From Nocardioides sp. (lineage in GTDB: Bacteria > Actinomycetota > Actinomycetes > Propionibacteriales > Nocardioidaceae), in assembly GCA_030698375.1 (NCBI GenBank), contig JAUYLL010000045.1:2249-66248 (forward strand): a DNA stretch of 64,000 nt. The letters are read 5' to 3'. A program made the position numbers and the translations under genes. How positions within the stretch are numbered: the first letter of the stretch is position 1; each line of letters starts with the position of its first letter. A model generated the notes under the pieces. It searched no databases. It had not been told where the DNA came from and saw only the letters and a list, made by a program, of their open reading frames with translations. Below, in pieces: positions 18,033 through 27,554 of the stretch.

Positions 18033-19289
18033 TCAGGCCATCCCCTCGGGGAGCCGGCGCAGGTAGTCGGAGCGCCGCTGGTCGCCCTGCTCCCTGCGCT
18101 CGGCCGCGGTCAGCCGCGGAAGGTCGGGCAGCTCGGCGTCGAGTCGGTCCAGCCGCACCACCCGCCCGGTGGCGGCCAGGTCGGGGCGCGGGCCCCCCTC
18201 GGGGAACTCGGCCATCCGCAGGGTCAGCAGCCCCTCGTGGAGCCCGTCGGTGTCGAGCCAGTTGTGCACGCCGGGGTCCTCGGCGCTGATGACGAAGGTG
18301 TAGGTGCCGTCCGGGTTGGGCCGGGACTGGGCCTTGTTGAGGCTTCCGGTGCGCTCGGCGATGTCGAGCGTGGTGCCCCAGGTGTTGCCGAGCGGGACCG
18401 TGAAGTACTCCGCGCCACCGTCGCTGACGTCGACGACGAAGGCCTCGCCGGGTGCCAGCGCGAAGCGACCGGCCACGTAGACCTGGTGTCGCAGGGCCCC
18501 GGTGTGGTCCGCGGACCAGCCCAGCGAGAAGTGGTTGGGCGGAAGCTTGAGCATGCCGTGCACGAGCTTGCCGGTGAAGTCGGCGAAGTGCGCCATCATC
18601 GCCGCGGTCGCCTCGGCCTGCTCGTCGCGCGTGCGAGCGGGTCTCGTCGGCTCGCCCCCGAGGCGCTCGACCTCGAGGTGGTTCACGTCGTCGTGCTCCC
18701 AGTCGAGGAGCACGTCGCGGATGTAGAACTCGTGGGCGGCGGCCGACGAGCGCACGTGGTTGGGCCGCCCGCCGGCGGGGTCGGCGTCGACGGTGATGGT
18801 GAAGCTGCCGTCGTCCTCGACGTGCATCCGGCGGCCGTCGAGGACGTCGACCGTGCCCATGTTCGCGTCCCAGAGGGTGAAGTAGTTCTCGGTGAGACGG
18901 TGCTCGCCCACCCGGCCGCGGATCTCGTAGCGCTCGTCACCGGAGACCGGGATGACGCGGTAGACGGAGTCGGGGTTGTCGATGCCCCAGCGGCTGCCCG
19001 GCACGCGCCGTCCCTCGACCGGGTGCGCCAACCGGGTGATGCAGGTGACCTCGGGTCGCAGCGGGTCCTGGTTCGCCGACCAAACGGCCGCGGAGAACAT
19101 CACCTCCGCGTACGCCGCCTCGAACCGCGCGCGCATCTCCGCGCTGGGCCGCGCCCGCTCCAGCCAGCGCCGGGCGACATCGTCGCGGGCCGCCCGCACG
19201 GTGGGGTGCTGCATCAGCTCGAGCGCCGCGAGCTCGTGGGCGTGCTGCGCCGCGGTGGCCACCGGGTGGCTGGTCAGGGTCGGGGTCAC
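18033..19289 (-). CDS. DUF1214-like hypothetical protein
   Basis: GIDNPDSVY, DGSFTITV and DGTYTFVISAEDPGVHNWLDT motifs. Confidence 0.75.
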   Translation of the reverse strand: MTPTLTSHPVATAAQHAHELAALELMQHPTVRAARDDVARRWLERARPSAEMRARFEAAYAEVMFSAAVWSANQDPLRPEVTCITRLAHPVEGRRVPGSRWGIDNPDSVYRVIPVSGDERYEIRGRVGEHRLTENYFTLWDANMGTVDVLDGRRMHVEDDGSFTITVDADPAGGRPNHVRSSAAAHEFYIRDVLLDWEHDDVNHLEVERLGGEPTRPARTRDEQAEATAAMMAHFADFTGKLVHGMLKLPPNHFSLGWSADHTGALRHQVYVAGRFALAPGEAFVVDVSDGGAEYFTVPLGNTWGTTLDIAERTGSLNKAQSRPNPDGTYTFVISAEDPGVHNWLDTDGLHEGLLTLRMAEFPEGGPRPDLAATGRVVRLDRLDAELPDLPRLTAAERREQGDQRRSDYLRRLPEGMA

Positions 19290-19349
19290 GGGTGCCTCCT
19301 CGCACCCCGGCGGGGCGCCGGGAGTCCGACGTTAACCCTCTCCGGGACA

Positions 19350-19369
19350 TTTTGTCAGTACTGACAAAA
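19350..19369. promoter_or_regulatory. Perfect 20-bp palindrome TTTTGTCAGTACTGACAAAA, TetR-type operator
   Basis: Loopless AT-rich palindrome upstream of the DUF1214 gene. Confidence 0.8.
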
Positions 19370-19371
19370 AA

Positions 19372-20511
19372 TCAGTCGAGGAACCTGCGCCGGTACTCCG
19401 CGAACCGCGCGTCCACCTGCTCCGGCGCGAGGCCGTAGGTCTCCAGGCGGTAGTCGGGGCGTCCCGCCTCCCGGGGCCGGCGCTGCAGCCAGTCGGTCAT
19501 GGCCTGTCGGGCCTCGGGCGTCAGGGGGACCTTGAGGTCGGCGTAGACGCGGGCCACCTGGCCCAGCGGGTCGGCGACGGCGGTGTCGAACCGGATGTCG
19601 GTCACGCTGGGTGCCTCGGGCTCGTTGGCCCACCGGTCACGGGTCGCCAGAGCGCGGTCCGTGGCCCAGCCCATCCGGTCGAGCCAATCGGCGCCCAGCC
19701 GGTGTAGGTCGACGTGACCGCTGTGCAGCGCGTGCAGGGTGGCGTTGAGGCTCGCTCCCGAGGCGATGGTGGTACGGGGGTCGCGGTGCAGGTGCACCAG
19801 GTGCAGGCAGGGGAACCGGACGCGCAGCGTGTCGAGGTAGCCCAGGTGCGCCGGCGTCTTGAGCACCCAGCGGCCCCCGGGCTCCCCCCGGCGGCGCTTC
19901 TGCCACTGGAGCAGCTGCAGCATCCGGTGCAGGTGGTCATAGGCCGGCGTGAGGTCCTGGGTGTCCAGCCAGGCGCGGTACGCCGGCACGTGCGCGCCGG
20001 ACTCCGGGACGTGGGAGAGGAACGCGTCGGCCAGGAAGACGATCTCCTCCTCCGCCTCCTCGGCGTACATCGGGTGGATAGCGAAGAGGTCGGGGGTGAA
20101 GGTGCGCATCAGCTCCTGGCGCTCCAGCGCGGCCGCGACCCGGGGGTCGGGTGCTGCCCAGTCGTGGTCCAGCGCGGGCGCGACCTGGGCCACCTCCCAG
20201 CCGTAGGCGCAGCGGTGGGCCGGGTCGGCCGCGAGCAGCCGCTGGAGGAGGGTGGTCCCGCTGCGCATCATCCCGACCACGACGACCGGGTCGGTGACCT
20301 GCTCCTCGGCGATCTCGGGGTGGCGGCGGAACCACTCCTGGCTGCGCAGCCGCATCCGCAGCGCGTGCACGACACCACCGCGCAGCACGGAGAGGCCGCC
20401 CTCGCTGAGGTCGGCCTCGGCGTACGCGGCGAGCAGTCGGGAGAGCGGCTCCTCGATGGCTCCGGGGCCGAGGTCGTCGAGCCCCTCCTTGCGGCGGGCG
20501 TGCTCGAGCAC
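19372..20511 (-). CDS. Sulfotransferase family protein (start 20511 or 20544)
   Basis: GMMRSGTT PAPS loop, WVLKTPAH and HRDP...S motifs. Confidence 0.88.
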   Translation of the reverse strand: MLEHARRKEGLDDLGPGAIEEPLSRLLAAYAEADLSEGGLSVLRGGVVHALRMRLRSQEWFRRHPEIAEEQVTDPVVVVGMMRSGTTLLQRLLAADPAHRCAYGWEVAQVAPALDHDWAAPDPRVAAALERQELMRTFTPDLFAIHPMYAEEAEEEIVFLADAFLSHVPESGAHVPAYRAWLDTQDLTPAYDHLHRMLQLLQWQKRRRGEPGGRWVLKTPAHLGYLDTLRVRFPCLHLVHLHRDPRTTIASGASLNATLHALHSGHVDLHRLGADWLDRMGWATDRALATRDRWANEPEAPSVTDIRFDTAVADPLGQVARVYADLKVPLTPEARQAMTDWLQRRPREAGRPDYRLETYGLAPEQVDARFAEYRRRFLD

Positions 20512-20566
20512 GCTGAAAAATGTCAGTCCTGCTCTTTGGGGCACAGGGGAAACCTATGCTGTCGCG

Positions 20567-21013
20567 ATGGCCGACAGCGCGCGCGAGATCGAGAACCTGC
20601 TCTACACCTACGCCGAGCTCATCGACGGCGGCGACCTCGACGGGGTGGCTGCGCTCTTCGCGCACGGCCGGATCCACGGGCAGGAGGGCGGCGGTCCGGA
20701 GACCGTCTTCGAGGGTCGCGACGGGGTGCGGGCACTCTACGAGTCCGCGACGCGGATCTACGAGGACACCGGCACGCCGAAGACCAAGCACGTCACCACC
20801 AACGCCCGCATCGAGGTCGACGAGGACGCCGGCACGGCCTTCAGCCGGGCGTACTACACCGTCTACCAGGCCACCGACGCGCTGCCGCTGCAGGTGATCA
20901 TCACCGGCCGGTACGGCGACACCTTCCACCGCGTCGAGGGTCGCTGGTGGTTCGACACCCGCACGATGTACGTCGACCAGGTCGGGGACCTCAGTCACCA
21001 CCTCAAGTGGTGA
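20567..21013 (+). CDS. NTF2/SnoaL-like protein
   Basis: IENLLYTYAELIDGGD, TKHVTTN and GRYGDTF motifs; TATGCT -10, leaderless. Confidence 0.85.
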   Translation: MADSAREIENLLYTYAELIDGGDLDGVAALFAHGRIHGQEGGGPETVFEGRDGVRALYESATRIYEDTGTPKTKHVTTNARIEVDEDAGTAFSRAYYTVYQATDALPLQVIITGRYGDTFHRVEGRWWFDTRTMYVDQVGDLSHHLKW

Positions 21014-21026
21014 ACCGGGAGCGAGG

Positions 21027-22001
21027 TCAGCCGGCGAGCGCGTCGACGCCGGTCTGCTCCGCCGACCACGCCCACAGCCGCGCTGCCTCCTCGGGATCGA
21101 GCGCGTGCGGCTTCACCCCCGAGGCGAGTAGGCCGTCCTCGGTGACCAGCGGACCCACCTCGCAGTCCTCCAGGTAGGCGCCGCCCCGGTCCTCCAGCAG
21201 CGGTGACGTCGCCGCCCACGCGGCCGTGGCTGCGCCCTGCTCAGGGGTCTTGAAGTCCGGCATCACCGGTTCGCCGGAGGCGTCGCGGACGAGCACGGCG
21301 TCGAGGTCGTCCTCGGTGAGGTGCCGGCCCAGGGAGGTCAGGATCGCGCCGGGGTGCAGCGACCAGGCCCGCACACCGTGCTCGCGACCGTGCCGGTCCA
21401 GGTGCGCGGCGAAGAGGATGTTGGCGGTCTTCGACTGCCCGTAGGCCGCCCACTTGTCGTAGCCGCGGTCGAAGGCCGGGTCGTCCCAGCGCATCGGGGA
21501 GTGGTGGTGGCCCAACGAGGACACGCTCACCACCCGCGCGCCACCGGCGAGCAGCGGCCACAGCCGGTTCACCAGGGCGAAGTGGCCCAGGTGGTTCGTG
21601 GCGAGCTGACGCTCCCAGCCGGGTCCCACCCGCGCCTCGGGGCACGCCATCACCCCGGCGTTGCCGACCACGACGTCGATATGGCCGCCCGCGGCGACCA
21701 GCCCGTCGACGTACGTCGTGATGCTGGCCTGGTCGGCCAGGTCGAGGGCGCCGACGATGACCCGCGGGAGGCCTGCCAGCGTCTCGGCGGCCTGCTCAGG
21801 CCGCCGTGCGGGGGCGAGCACCTCGGCCCCGGCCTCGACGAGCGCGCGCACGAGCGGGAGCCCGATCCCGGAGTAACCGCCGGTCACCAGAACTCGGCGA
21901 CCGGTCAGGTCGTGCCCGGCGAGGACCTCGGCGGCCGTGCTCGTCGCCCCGAACGGGGAGCCGACGGAGTCCTGGGCGGCCAGGTCGGCAGCGGCCTCCA
22001 C
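21027..22001 (-). CDS. SDR oxidoreductase (retinol-dehydrogenase-like)
   Basis: TGGYSGIG, NAGVM, NHLGHF and YGQSK motifs. Confidence 0.9.
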   Translation of the reverse strand: MEAAADLAAQDSVGSPFGATSTAAEVLAGHDLTGRRVLVTGGYSGIGLPLVRALVEAGAEVLAPARRPEQAAETLAGLPRVIVGALDLADQASITTYVDGLVAAGGHIDVVVGNAGVMACPEARVGPGWERQLATNHLGHFALVNRLWPLLAGGARVVSVSSLGHHHSPMRWDDPAFDRGYDKWAAYGQSKTANILFAAHLDRHGREHGVRAWSLHPGAILTSLGRHLTEDDLDAVLVRDASGEPVMPDFKTPEQGAATAAWAATSPLLEDRGGAYLEDCEVGPLVTEDGLLASGVKPHALDPEEAARLWAWSAEQTGVDALAG

Positions 22002-22148
22002 TCAGAGGGCCATGAACAGGATCGCGTCCCGGTCGTACTCGCGGCCGGGGTGCTCGGCGGCCAGGTGGGCCTGGGCCTTCTCGACCAGGTCGTCCTCGTC
22101 CTCGCCACGGATGCGCTCGCCGCAGGGGCAGCTCAGCAGGGTCTTCAC
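22002..22148 (-). CDS. Small 48-aa putative metal-binding protein (DUF1059-like), not in ORF track
   Basis: MKTLLSCPCGERIRGEDEDDLVEKAQAHLAAEHPGREYDRDAILFMAL; GAGGAGGA RBS; abuts the next gene. Confidence 0.8.
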   Translation of the reverse strand: MKTLLSCPCGERIRGEDEDDLVEKAQAHLAAEHPGREYDRDAILFMAL

Positions 22149-22174
22149 AGGGTCCTCCTCGGGGGTGGGACGCC

Positions 22175-22996
22175 TCAGGCGGGTGCCGGAGGCAGCAGGG
22201 TGGTGCCGATCATGCCTCCGTCGACGAGCAGGTCGGTACCCGTCACGTAGGCCGCGTCGGCCGAGAGCAGGAAGCAGGCGGCGCCGGCGACCTCGTCGGG
22301 GGTGCCAAGACGGGCGGCGGGGGAGGCCTCGACGAGCAGGCGCATGTCGGCGCCGAGCGGCCCCTCCAGCTCCTCGCGGCCCATGGCGGTGTCAATGACG
22401 CCGGGGCTGAGGCTGTTGACCCGGAGACCGCGTGCGCCCCAGGGGCCGGCGGTTGCCTGCACCCGGAGCCGGACACCGCGCTTGGCGAGCATGTAGGCCA
22501 GCGCGGAGTTGCCGTCGAGCGCCTCGTCCGAGAGCCCCGGGAGTGCGGCGAGCCTGTCGGTGGGGGCGTGGGCGAGGCCGGACTCCAGCGCGGGGTCGAG
22601 CGGACCGGTGAGGTGCCCGGCGACGCTGGCGACCACCACTGCGGCCCCACCCGGGGCGAGGACCTCGCCGAAGGCGTCGAGGACGCGCGCGGCCCCGACG
22701 AGGTCGACGGCGACGATCGTGGCGGGCGGTGCCTGGACGGGGGAGACCCCCGCCGCAACGAGGAGCGCCTCGACGGGCCCGGCCTCGGCACAGGCGTGGG
22801 CGAAGGCGGTCACCGCGGCGGGGTCGGTCACGTCGAGCGAGCAGGCGCGGGCGGATCCGCCCACGGACTCGACGACGGTGCGGGCTGCCTCCTCGGAGCG
22901 GTCGCCGACCACCACCGTGTGGGTGGCGGCCATCCGCCGGGCCACGGCACCGGCCATCCCGCCGGCACCGGCGAGCGCGAGGACGGGGCGGGTCAT
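22175..22996 (-). CDS. SDR oxidoreductase
   Basis: Gly-rich N-terminus, AAGVS, YMLAK and RVNSLSPG motifs. Confidence 0.88.
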   Translation of the reverse strand: MTRPVLALAGAGGMAGAVARRMAATHTVVVGDRSEEAARTVVESVGGSARACSLDVTDPAAVTAFAHACAEAGPVEALLVAAGVSPVQAPPATIVAVDLVGAARVLDAFGEVLAPGGAAVVVASVAGHLTGPLDPALESGLAHAPTDRLAALPGLSDEALDGNSALAYMLAKRGVRLRVQATAGPWGARGLRVNSLSPGVIDTAMGREELEGPLGADMRLLVEASPAARLGTPDEVAGAACFLLSADAAYVTGTDLLVDGGMIGTTLLPPAPA

Positions 22997-24234
22997 CGCG
23001 GCCTCACCGGGGTGATGGGCAGGGAGCGGCGGGGCTCGAAGCTGAACGAGGACCCGGTGCTGAAACGGGTCACCGAGACCTCGCTGGCCTCCGCGGCGGG
23101 TTCGTCGCGGCGTACCACCCGGGCCGTCCAGCTCGTGGCGTCACCGGTGAGCTCGACGTCGAGGTGCGGGTCGACGGCGCGGACGGCGGCCTGCAGGGGC
23201 TCCGGATGCTCGGGGTCGACGAGCGCGATCCAGGCGTCGCCGTCCTCGTGGGCGGGGGAGGGGCCCACCCGGAGCTCGCCGGCTCCCTGGACCACGTCCG
23301 CGCCGACGTACGCCGCCGGGTTGAGCAGCGGGTGCAGTTCCAGCACCCGCAGGGCACCGGTCTCGTCGGCGGGCAGTCCCAGTGCGCGGTGGATCCGCTC
23401 GGCCGCGATGCCGGCGATGCCGACGAGCTGCTTGCGGGCGATCTCCAGGGTCTGGGCCTCGTCGGCGGCCCGCTGACGCACCGCGTGCACGAAGGAGAGG
23501 TTCAGCAGGTGCATCTGCAGACAGACCTCGTCGGCGATCCGGACCAGCGCCGAGTGCGAGTACGCCGTGAAGTCGATGTCGGAGAGAACCGGCCCGCTGT
23601 AGTCGGAGGCGCCCTCGTCCGCCGGGTCGATCGGGTCCAGCTCGATGCTCGCGGCCCGCTTCGCGACCACGTGGTGGAAGGCGGGCAGCTCCTCGACCGG
23701 CGGGTGAGCGTCGTCGATGACGATCGTCCACGCGCAGTGGGGGGCCCGGTCCGCCGGCATCCGCGGCGGGCGGTGCAGGGGACGCACCTGGGCCCGCGGG
23801 TTCGAGGCGACCGCCGTGGCGTCGAAGGTGGGGTCCTCGATGTCGTGACACATCGCGCGGACGTAGTCCTCGCCCATCGGCTCGACGTCCATCAGCGCAC
23901 CGCAGTGGTCGAGCTGGAACTCGGCGTGGTGCCGGTCCCGGATGGTGAACCGGAAGTCCATGAACTGCGGCGGCGCGCCGATGTCCAGCTGGAGGCCCTT
24001 GATGATCGTGTGCACGTCGTCGCCCTCGTAGCCCAGCGTCTGCTGCATGCGCCGGGTGTAGATCGGCGAGGACCCGGCCCACTCCTCGATCGCGATCTGG
24101 GCCATCGCGTCGCGGCCGAACGCCGAGATGCACCAGGCCATGCCCGAGCGGTCGATGAGCTGGCCGATGAGCAGGAGCTCGGGGACCAGGGTGGCCAGCT
24201 CCTGTCGGGACAGGCTGGCGAAACGGCTGCGCAC
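22993..24234 (-). CDS. Conserved hypothetical protein with internal duplication
   Basis: Coherent GC-biased ORF, GGAGGAG RBS, 4-bp overlap with the SDR gene. Confidence 0.8.
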   Translation of the reverse strand: MRSRFASLSRQELATLVPELLLIGQLIDRSGMAWCISAFGRDAMAQIAIEEWAGSSPIYTRRMQQTLGYEGDDVHTIIKGLQLDIGAPPQFMDFRFTIRDRHHAEFQLDHCGALMDVEPMGEDYVRAMCHDIEDPTFDATAVASNPRAQVRPLHRPPRMPADRAPHCAWTIVIDDAHPPVEELPAFHHVVAKRAASIELDPIDPADEGASDYSGPVLSDIDFTAYSHSALVRIADEVCLQMHLLNLSFVHAVRQRAADEAQTLEIARKQLVGIAGIAAERIHRALGLPADETGALRVLELHPLLNPAAYVGADVVQGAGELRVGPSPAHEDGDAWIALVDPEHPEPLQAAVRAVDPHLDVELTGDATSWTARVVRRDEPAAEASEVSVTRFSTGSSFSFEPRRSLPITPVRPR

Positions 24235-24305
24235 GGACGATCTCCTCCGCTGATTCTCCGCTGAGTGGGACGAACCCTTTGACGTAGGTCACACTCGGGC
24301 TTAGT

Positions 24306-24319
24306 TTGACGCGTGTCAA
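24306..24319. promoter_or_regulatory. Operator TTGACGCGTGTCAA
   Basis: Exact reverse complement of 32021-32034; lies between divergent genes; degenerate copy at 24279-24292. Confidence 0.75.
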
Positions 24320-24403
24320 CCACGTGGTCGCTCGGGGGACCGGCCACCACCCAGTCACCGCGTCGCGAGCACTCGCGGCGCAGACGGCACGGAAGGATCG
24401 AGC

Positions 24404-25987
24404 ATGGCGGAGACGGTGCAGCAGCTTCTGCGGGAGCGGGCGCAGGACGAGCAGCCGGGGCTCAAGTACGGCGACCAGGTCTGGTCGTGGCGCGAGCACG
24501 TCGCGCGGTCCTCCGCGCAGGCCTCGGCGCTGGTCGGGATGCTGGACCGTGACCGGCCGATGCACGTCGGCACCCTGCTGGGAAACACCCCGGCGATGCT
24601 CGAGGCGCTGGCCGGTGCCGCACTCGGCGGCTACGTGCTGTGCGGCATCAACGGCACCCGCCGCGGTGAGGGCCTGGTGACCGACGTACGACGCTCGGAG
24701 TGCCAGGTGCTGCTCACCGACGCCGAGCACCTGCCGCTGCTCGAGGGCCTCGACCTGGGCGACGTCCGCATCGTCGAGGTCGACGACGCCTCGTGGGAGC
24801 AGATGCAGTCCGAGGCCCCGGAGCTCGTGCCCTGCCGCGAGGCGGAGGCCATGGACACCTTCATGATGATCTTCACCTCCGGCACCAGCGGGGACCCGAA
24901 GGCCGTCCAGGTGGCCCACCTGATGGTGATCTTCGCGGGGCTCACCCTCGTCGACAAGTACTCCGTCGGCTCCGAGGACACCTGCTACCTCTCGATGCCG
25001 CTGTTCCACTCCAACGCGATCCTCGCGGGCTGGTGCGTGGCCATCACCAGCGGTGCGGCGATGGCGCCCGCCCGATTCACCGCGTCGCGCTTCCTCGACG
25101 ACGTGCGGCACTACGGGGCGACGTACATGAACTACGTCGGCAAGCCGCTGGCCTACGTCCTCGCCACCCCGGAGAAGGACGACGACGCCGACAACCCGCT
25201 GCGGGTGGCCTTCGGCAACGAGGCCTCCGACCGCGACATCGAGGAGTTCGGCCGCCGCTTCGGCTGCACCGTGTGGGACGGCTTCGGCTCCACCGAGGCG
25301 GCCGTCATCATCACCCGCGAGGAGGGCACCCCACAGGGCTCGGTCGGCAAGGGCTTCGACGGCGTCGCGGTCTACAACTCCGAGACGGTCACCGAGTGCG
25401 CCCCTGCCGAGTTCGACGAGCACGGCAAGCTGATCAACGCCGACGAGGCCGTCGGCGAGCTGGTCAACACCCAGGGCGCCGGCTACTTCTCGGGTTACTA
25501 CAACGACGAGCAGGCCAACAACGAGCGCATGCGCCACGGCATGTACTGGTCGGGCGACCTGGCCTACAAGGACGCCGACGGCTGGATCTACCTCGCCGGG
25601 CGCACCGCGGACTGGATGCGCGTGGACGGCGAGAACCTCGCCGCGGCCCCGATCGAGCGGGTCCTCATGCGCCTGCCGCAGCTGAGCCGCGTCGCGGTGT
25701 ACGCCGTTCCCGACGAGCGCGTCGGCGACCAGGTGATGGCCGCGATCGTGCTCCGCGACGATGCCACGCTCACCCCGGCCGAGCTCGAGGAGTTCCTCGC
25801 GGCGCAGGCCGACCTCTCGCCCAAGGCGTGGCCGCGATTCGTGCGGATCGCCCCCGAGCTGCCCAGCACGGCCACCAACAAGGTCGTCAAGCGTGAGCTC
25901 GTGACCCAGGGGCCCACCGCCGGCAACGGCGTGCTCTGGGTGCGCGAGGAGCGCGGCCGCTCCTACAGCGAGCTGGCCAACGCCTGA
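24404..25987 (+). CDS. Acyl-CoA synthetase (FadD1/FadD17-like)
   Basis: FTSGTSGDPK, PLFHSNA, GSTE, SGDL and GRTADWMRVDGEN motifs. Confidence 0.9.
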   Translation: MAETVQQLLRERAQDEQPGLKYGDQVWSWREHVARSSAQASALVGMLDRDRPMHVGTLLGNTPAMLEALAGAALGGYVLCGINGTRRGEGLVTDVRRSECQVLLTDAEHLPLLEGLDLGDVRIVEVDDASWEQMQSEAPELVPCREAEAMDTFMMIFTSGTSGDPKAVQVAHLMVIFAGLTLVDKYSVGSEDTCYLSMPLFHSNAILAGWCVAITSGAAMAPARFTASRFLDDVRHYGATYMNYVGKPLAYVLATPEKDDDADNPLRVAFGNEASDRDIEEFGRRFGCTVWDGFGSTEAAVIITREEGTPQGSVGKGFDGVAVYNSETVTECAPAEFDEHGKLINADEAVGELVNTQGAGYFSGYYNDEQANNERMRHGMYWSGDLAYKDADGWIYLAGRTADWMRVDGENLAAAPIERVLMRLPQLSRVAVYAVPDERVGDQVMAAIVLRDDATLTPAELEEFLAAQADLSPKAWPRFVRIAPELPSTATNKVVKRELVTQGPTAGNGVLWVREERGRSYSELANA

Positions 25988-26003
25988 CCTCTGTTCGACA
26001 CAG

Positions 26004-26036
26004 GAGCCCGGGTCCGCCTGTTGCGGGCCCGGGCTC
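26004..26036. terminator. Hairpin downstream of fadD
   Basis: GAGCCCGGGTCCGC-CTGTT-GCGGGCCCGGGCTC, 14-bp stem. Confidence 0.6.
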
Positions 26037-26128
26037 TCGCGCGTCCGGGGCTCGTCCGGTGGTGGCGCCGGTGACGAGCTTCAGGCATGCCGCGGGGTCC
26101 GCAGCAGGCGGGCTGCGGGGCGGGGCAG

Positions 26129-27486
26129 CTACGACTCGATCGGCTCGAGCAGGTGCCGCGGGAGGGCCGGGTTGCCGTGCCGGTCGAGCCACTCGTAGAG
26201 GGGTCGGCCGTCGGTGTCCCAGCCATCGCGGCGATACGTCCAACCGGTCCAGGTCTTCAACCGATGGTGCCGTCGGCACAGCGCGGCAAGGTTGTCGGGT
26301 CGCGTCTGGCCCGGCGGGCCACCCTCGACGTGGGCTCGATGTGGTCGAGGTCTGCGGACCTGGCGTCGCGAGTGCAGTCGGGGAACACACAGCTGCGGTC
26401 GCGCAGGACGACCAGCTCGCGCATCCACTCCGGCGGCACCCGGCCGTCCACACCATCGGTGCGGGCCGTCTCGAGCACGGGCCTCAGGGTGATGCCATCG
26501 CGGGCGATCCCGCCAGGTCGGGTCAGCCATTCACCGAGCAGGTCGAGGGTGGCGGGCCCGAGCCGTTCGATGCTCCCGCCACCATCCAGGCCCTCCTGGA
26601 CCATCGCGGACACGTCGCAGGCCTCCAGGTGCAGGTAGACCACCGCAGAACGACCCCGCACCCCCTTCGGCGGTTCCGAGCCCGTGGACTTCGTGGTGGC
26701 GTGAGTGGTCAGGTCGCCGGCCAGCAGGTCCATCGCCAGCTGCGGATTCGTCAACGTCCCCACGGCCTTGGCGCGGCGCACCTGCAGTGGCGACTTGTCA
26801 CCGAGGACCGCGTGGACCGTGGCCAGGTCGTTCAATGTGGCGTCCAGCAGTGCGGCGTCGGGGGTGTCGAGCACCATCGCCACCCGCGTCGTGACCCTGG
26901 TGCCAGCGGGACCGGGGCGCTCGACGAAGACCCCGCGCCCGTCGAGACGTTGCGCCTCGCGATCGGCGAAGGTCTCGGGGTCGAAGCGCCGCAACGCCTC
27001 TCCGACCAGCTGCCCCACCACACCGGTGATCGAGCGGCGGGTCTCACCCAGCCGGGCATCGACCCACTCGACGGCCTCGAGGCTCAACGCCCGTGTCTCT
27101 TGGGCGACCACGCGTGCCCGCCAGGCGTCGACCTCCCCCTCGAGCAGCCGCCCCCACAGCCCGGGCAGCCGGTGCTTCAGGTCGAGCGCGTCCGCGAGCA
27201 GCGCCGCCGCCGCGTCCGGGCCGCACGCGAGGCCATGGCCCAGCTCGGTCGCCGCGAACTCACTGACCTGCGGCGTCCCGACCCCACCGAGAGTGACCAG
27301 ACGCTCGGAGACGATCGGCAGCATCGACGGCAACCCGACCATGCTCGCGGCGTCGTAGAGGTCCGCGAGGTGCGCCGCGGCGACCAGCTCATCGGCCCGC
27401 TCCCGAGCGACCCGTGCCCGCGAGACACGCATGACGTCGAAGACCTCGGCCTTGCCGAGATCATCGAGGCGGTCCCTGTCGAGCAT
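26129..27486 (-). pseudogene. DUF222/HNH endonuclease (13E12-repeat-like), frameshifted within the HNH domain
   Basis: RDRSCVFPDC...DLDHIEP in one frame; GQTRPDNLAALCRRHHRLKT continues in another frame from about 26331. Confidence 0.8.
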
Positions 27487-27492
27487 GGATCC

Positions 27493-27514
27493 ATTGCACC
27501 AGGGGCCACCGACA
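27493..27514 (-). promoter_or_regulatory. RecA-NDp/PafBC-like DNA-damage promoter TGTCGGTG-N8-TGCAAT
   Basis: Matches TGTCRGTG-N8-TANNNT apart from the -10 second base; 6 nt before ATG 27486. Confidence 0.6.
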
Positions 27515-27554
27515 GTCCGGACGAATCAGGGGAGCTTGTGCACACCCCACGCCC

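Noticed and set aside
24245-24264. CTCCGCTGA direct repeat with period 11
   Set aside because: Only two short copies, overlapping the RBS; insufficient evidence of function.
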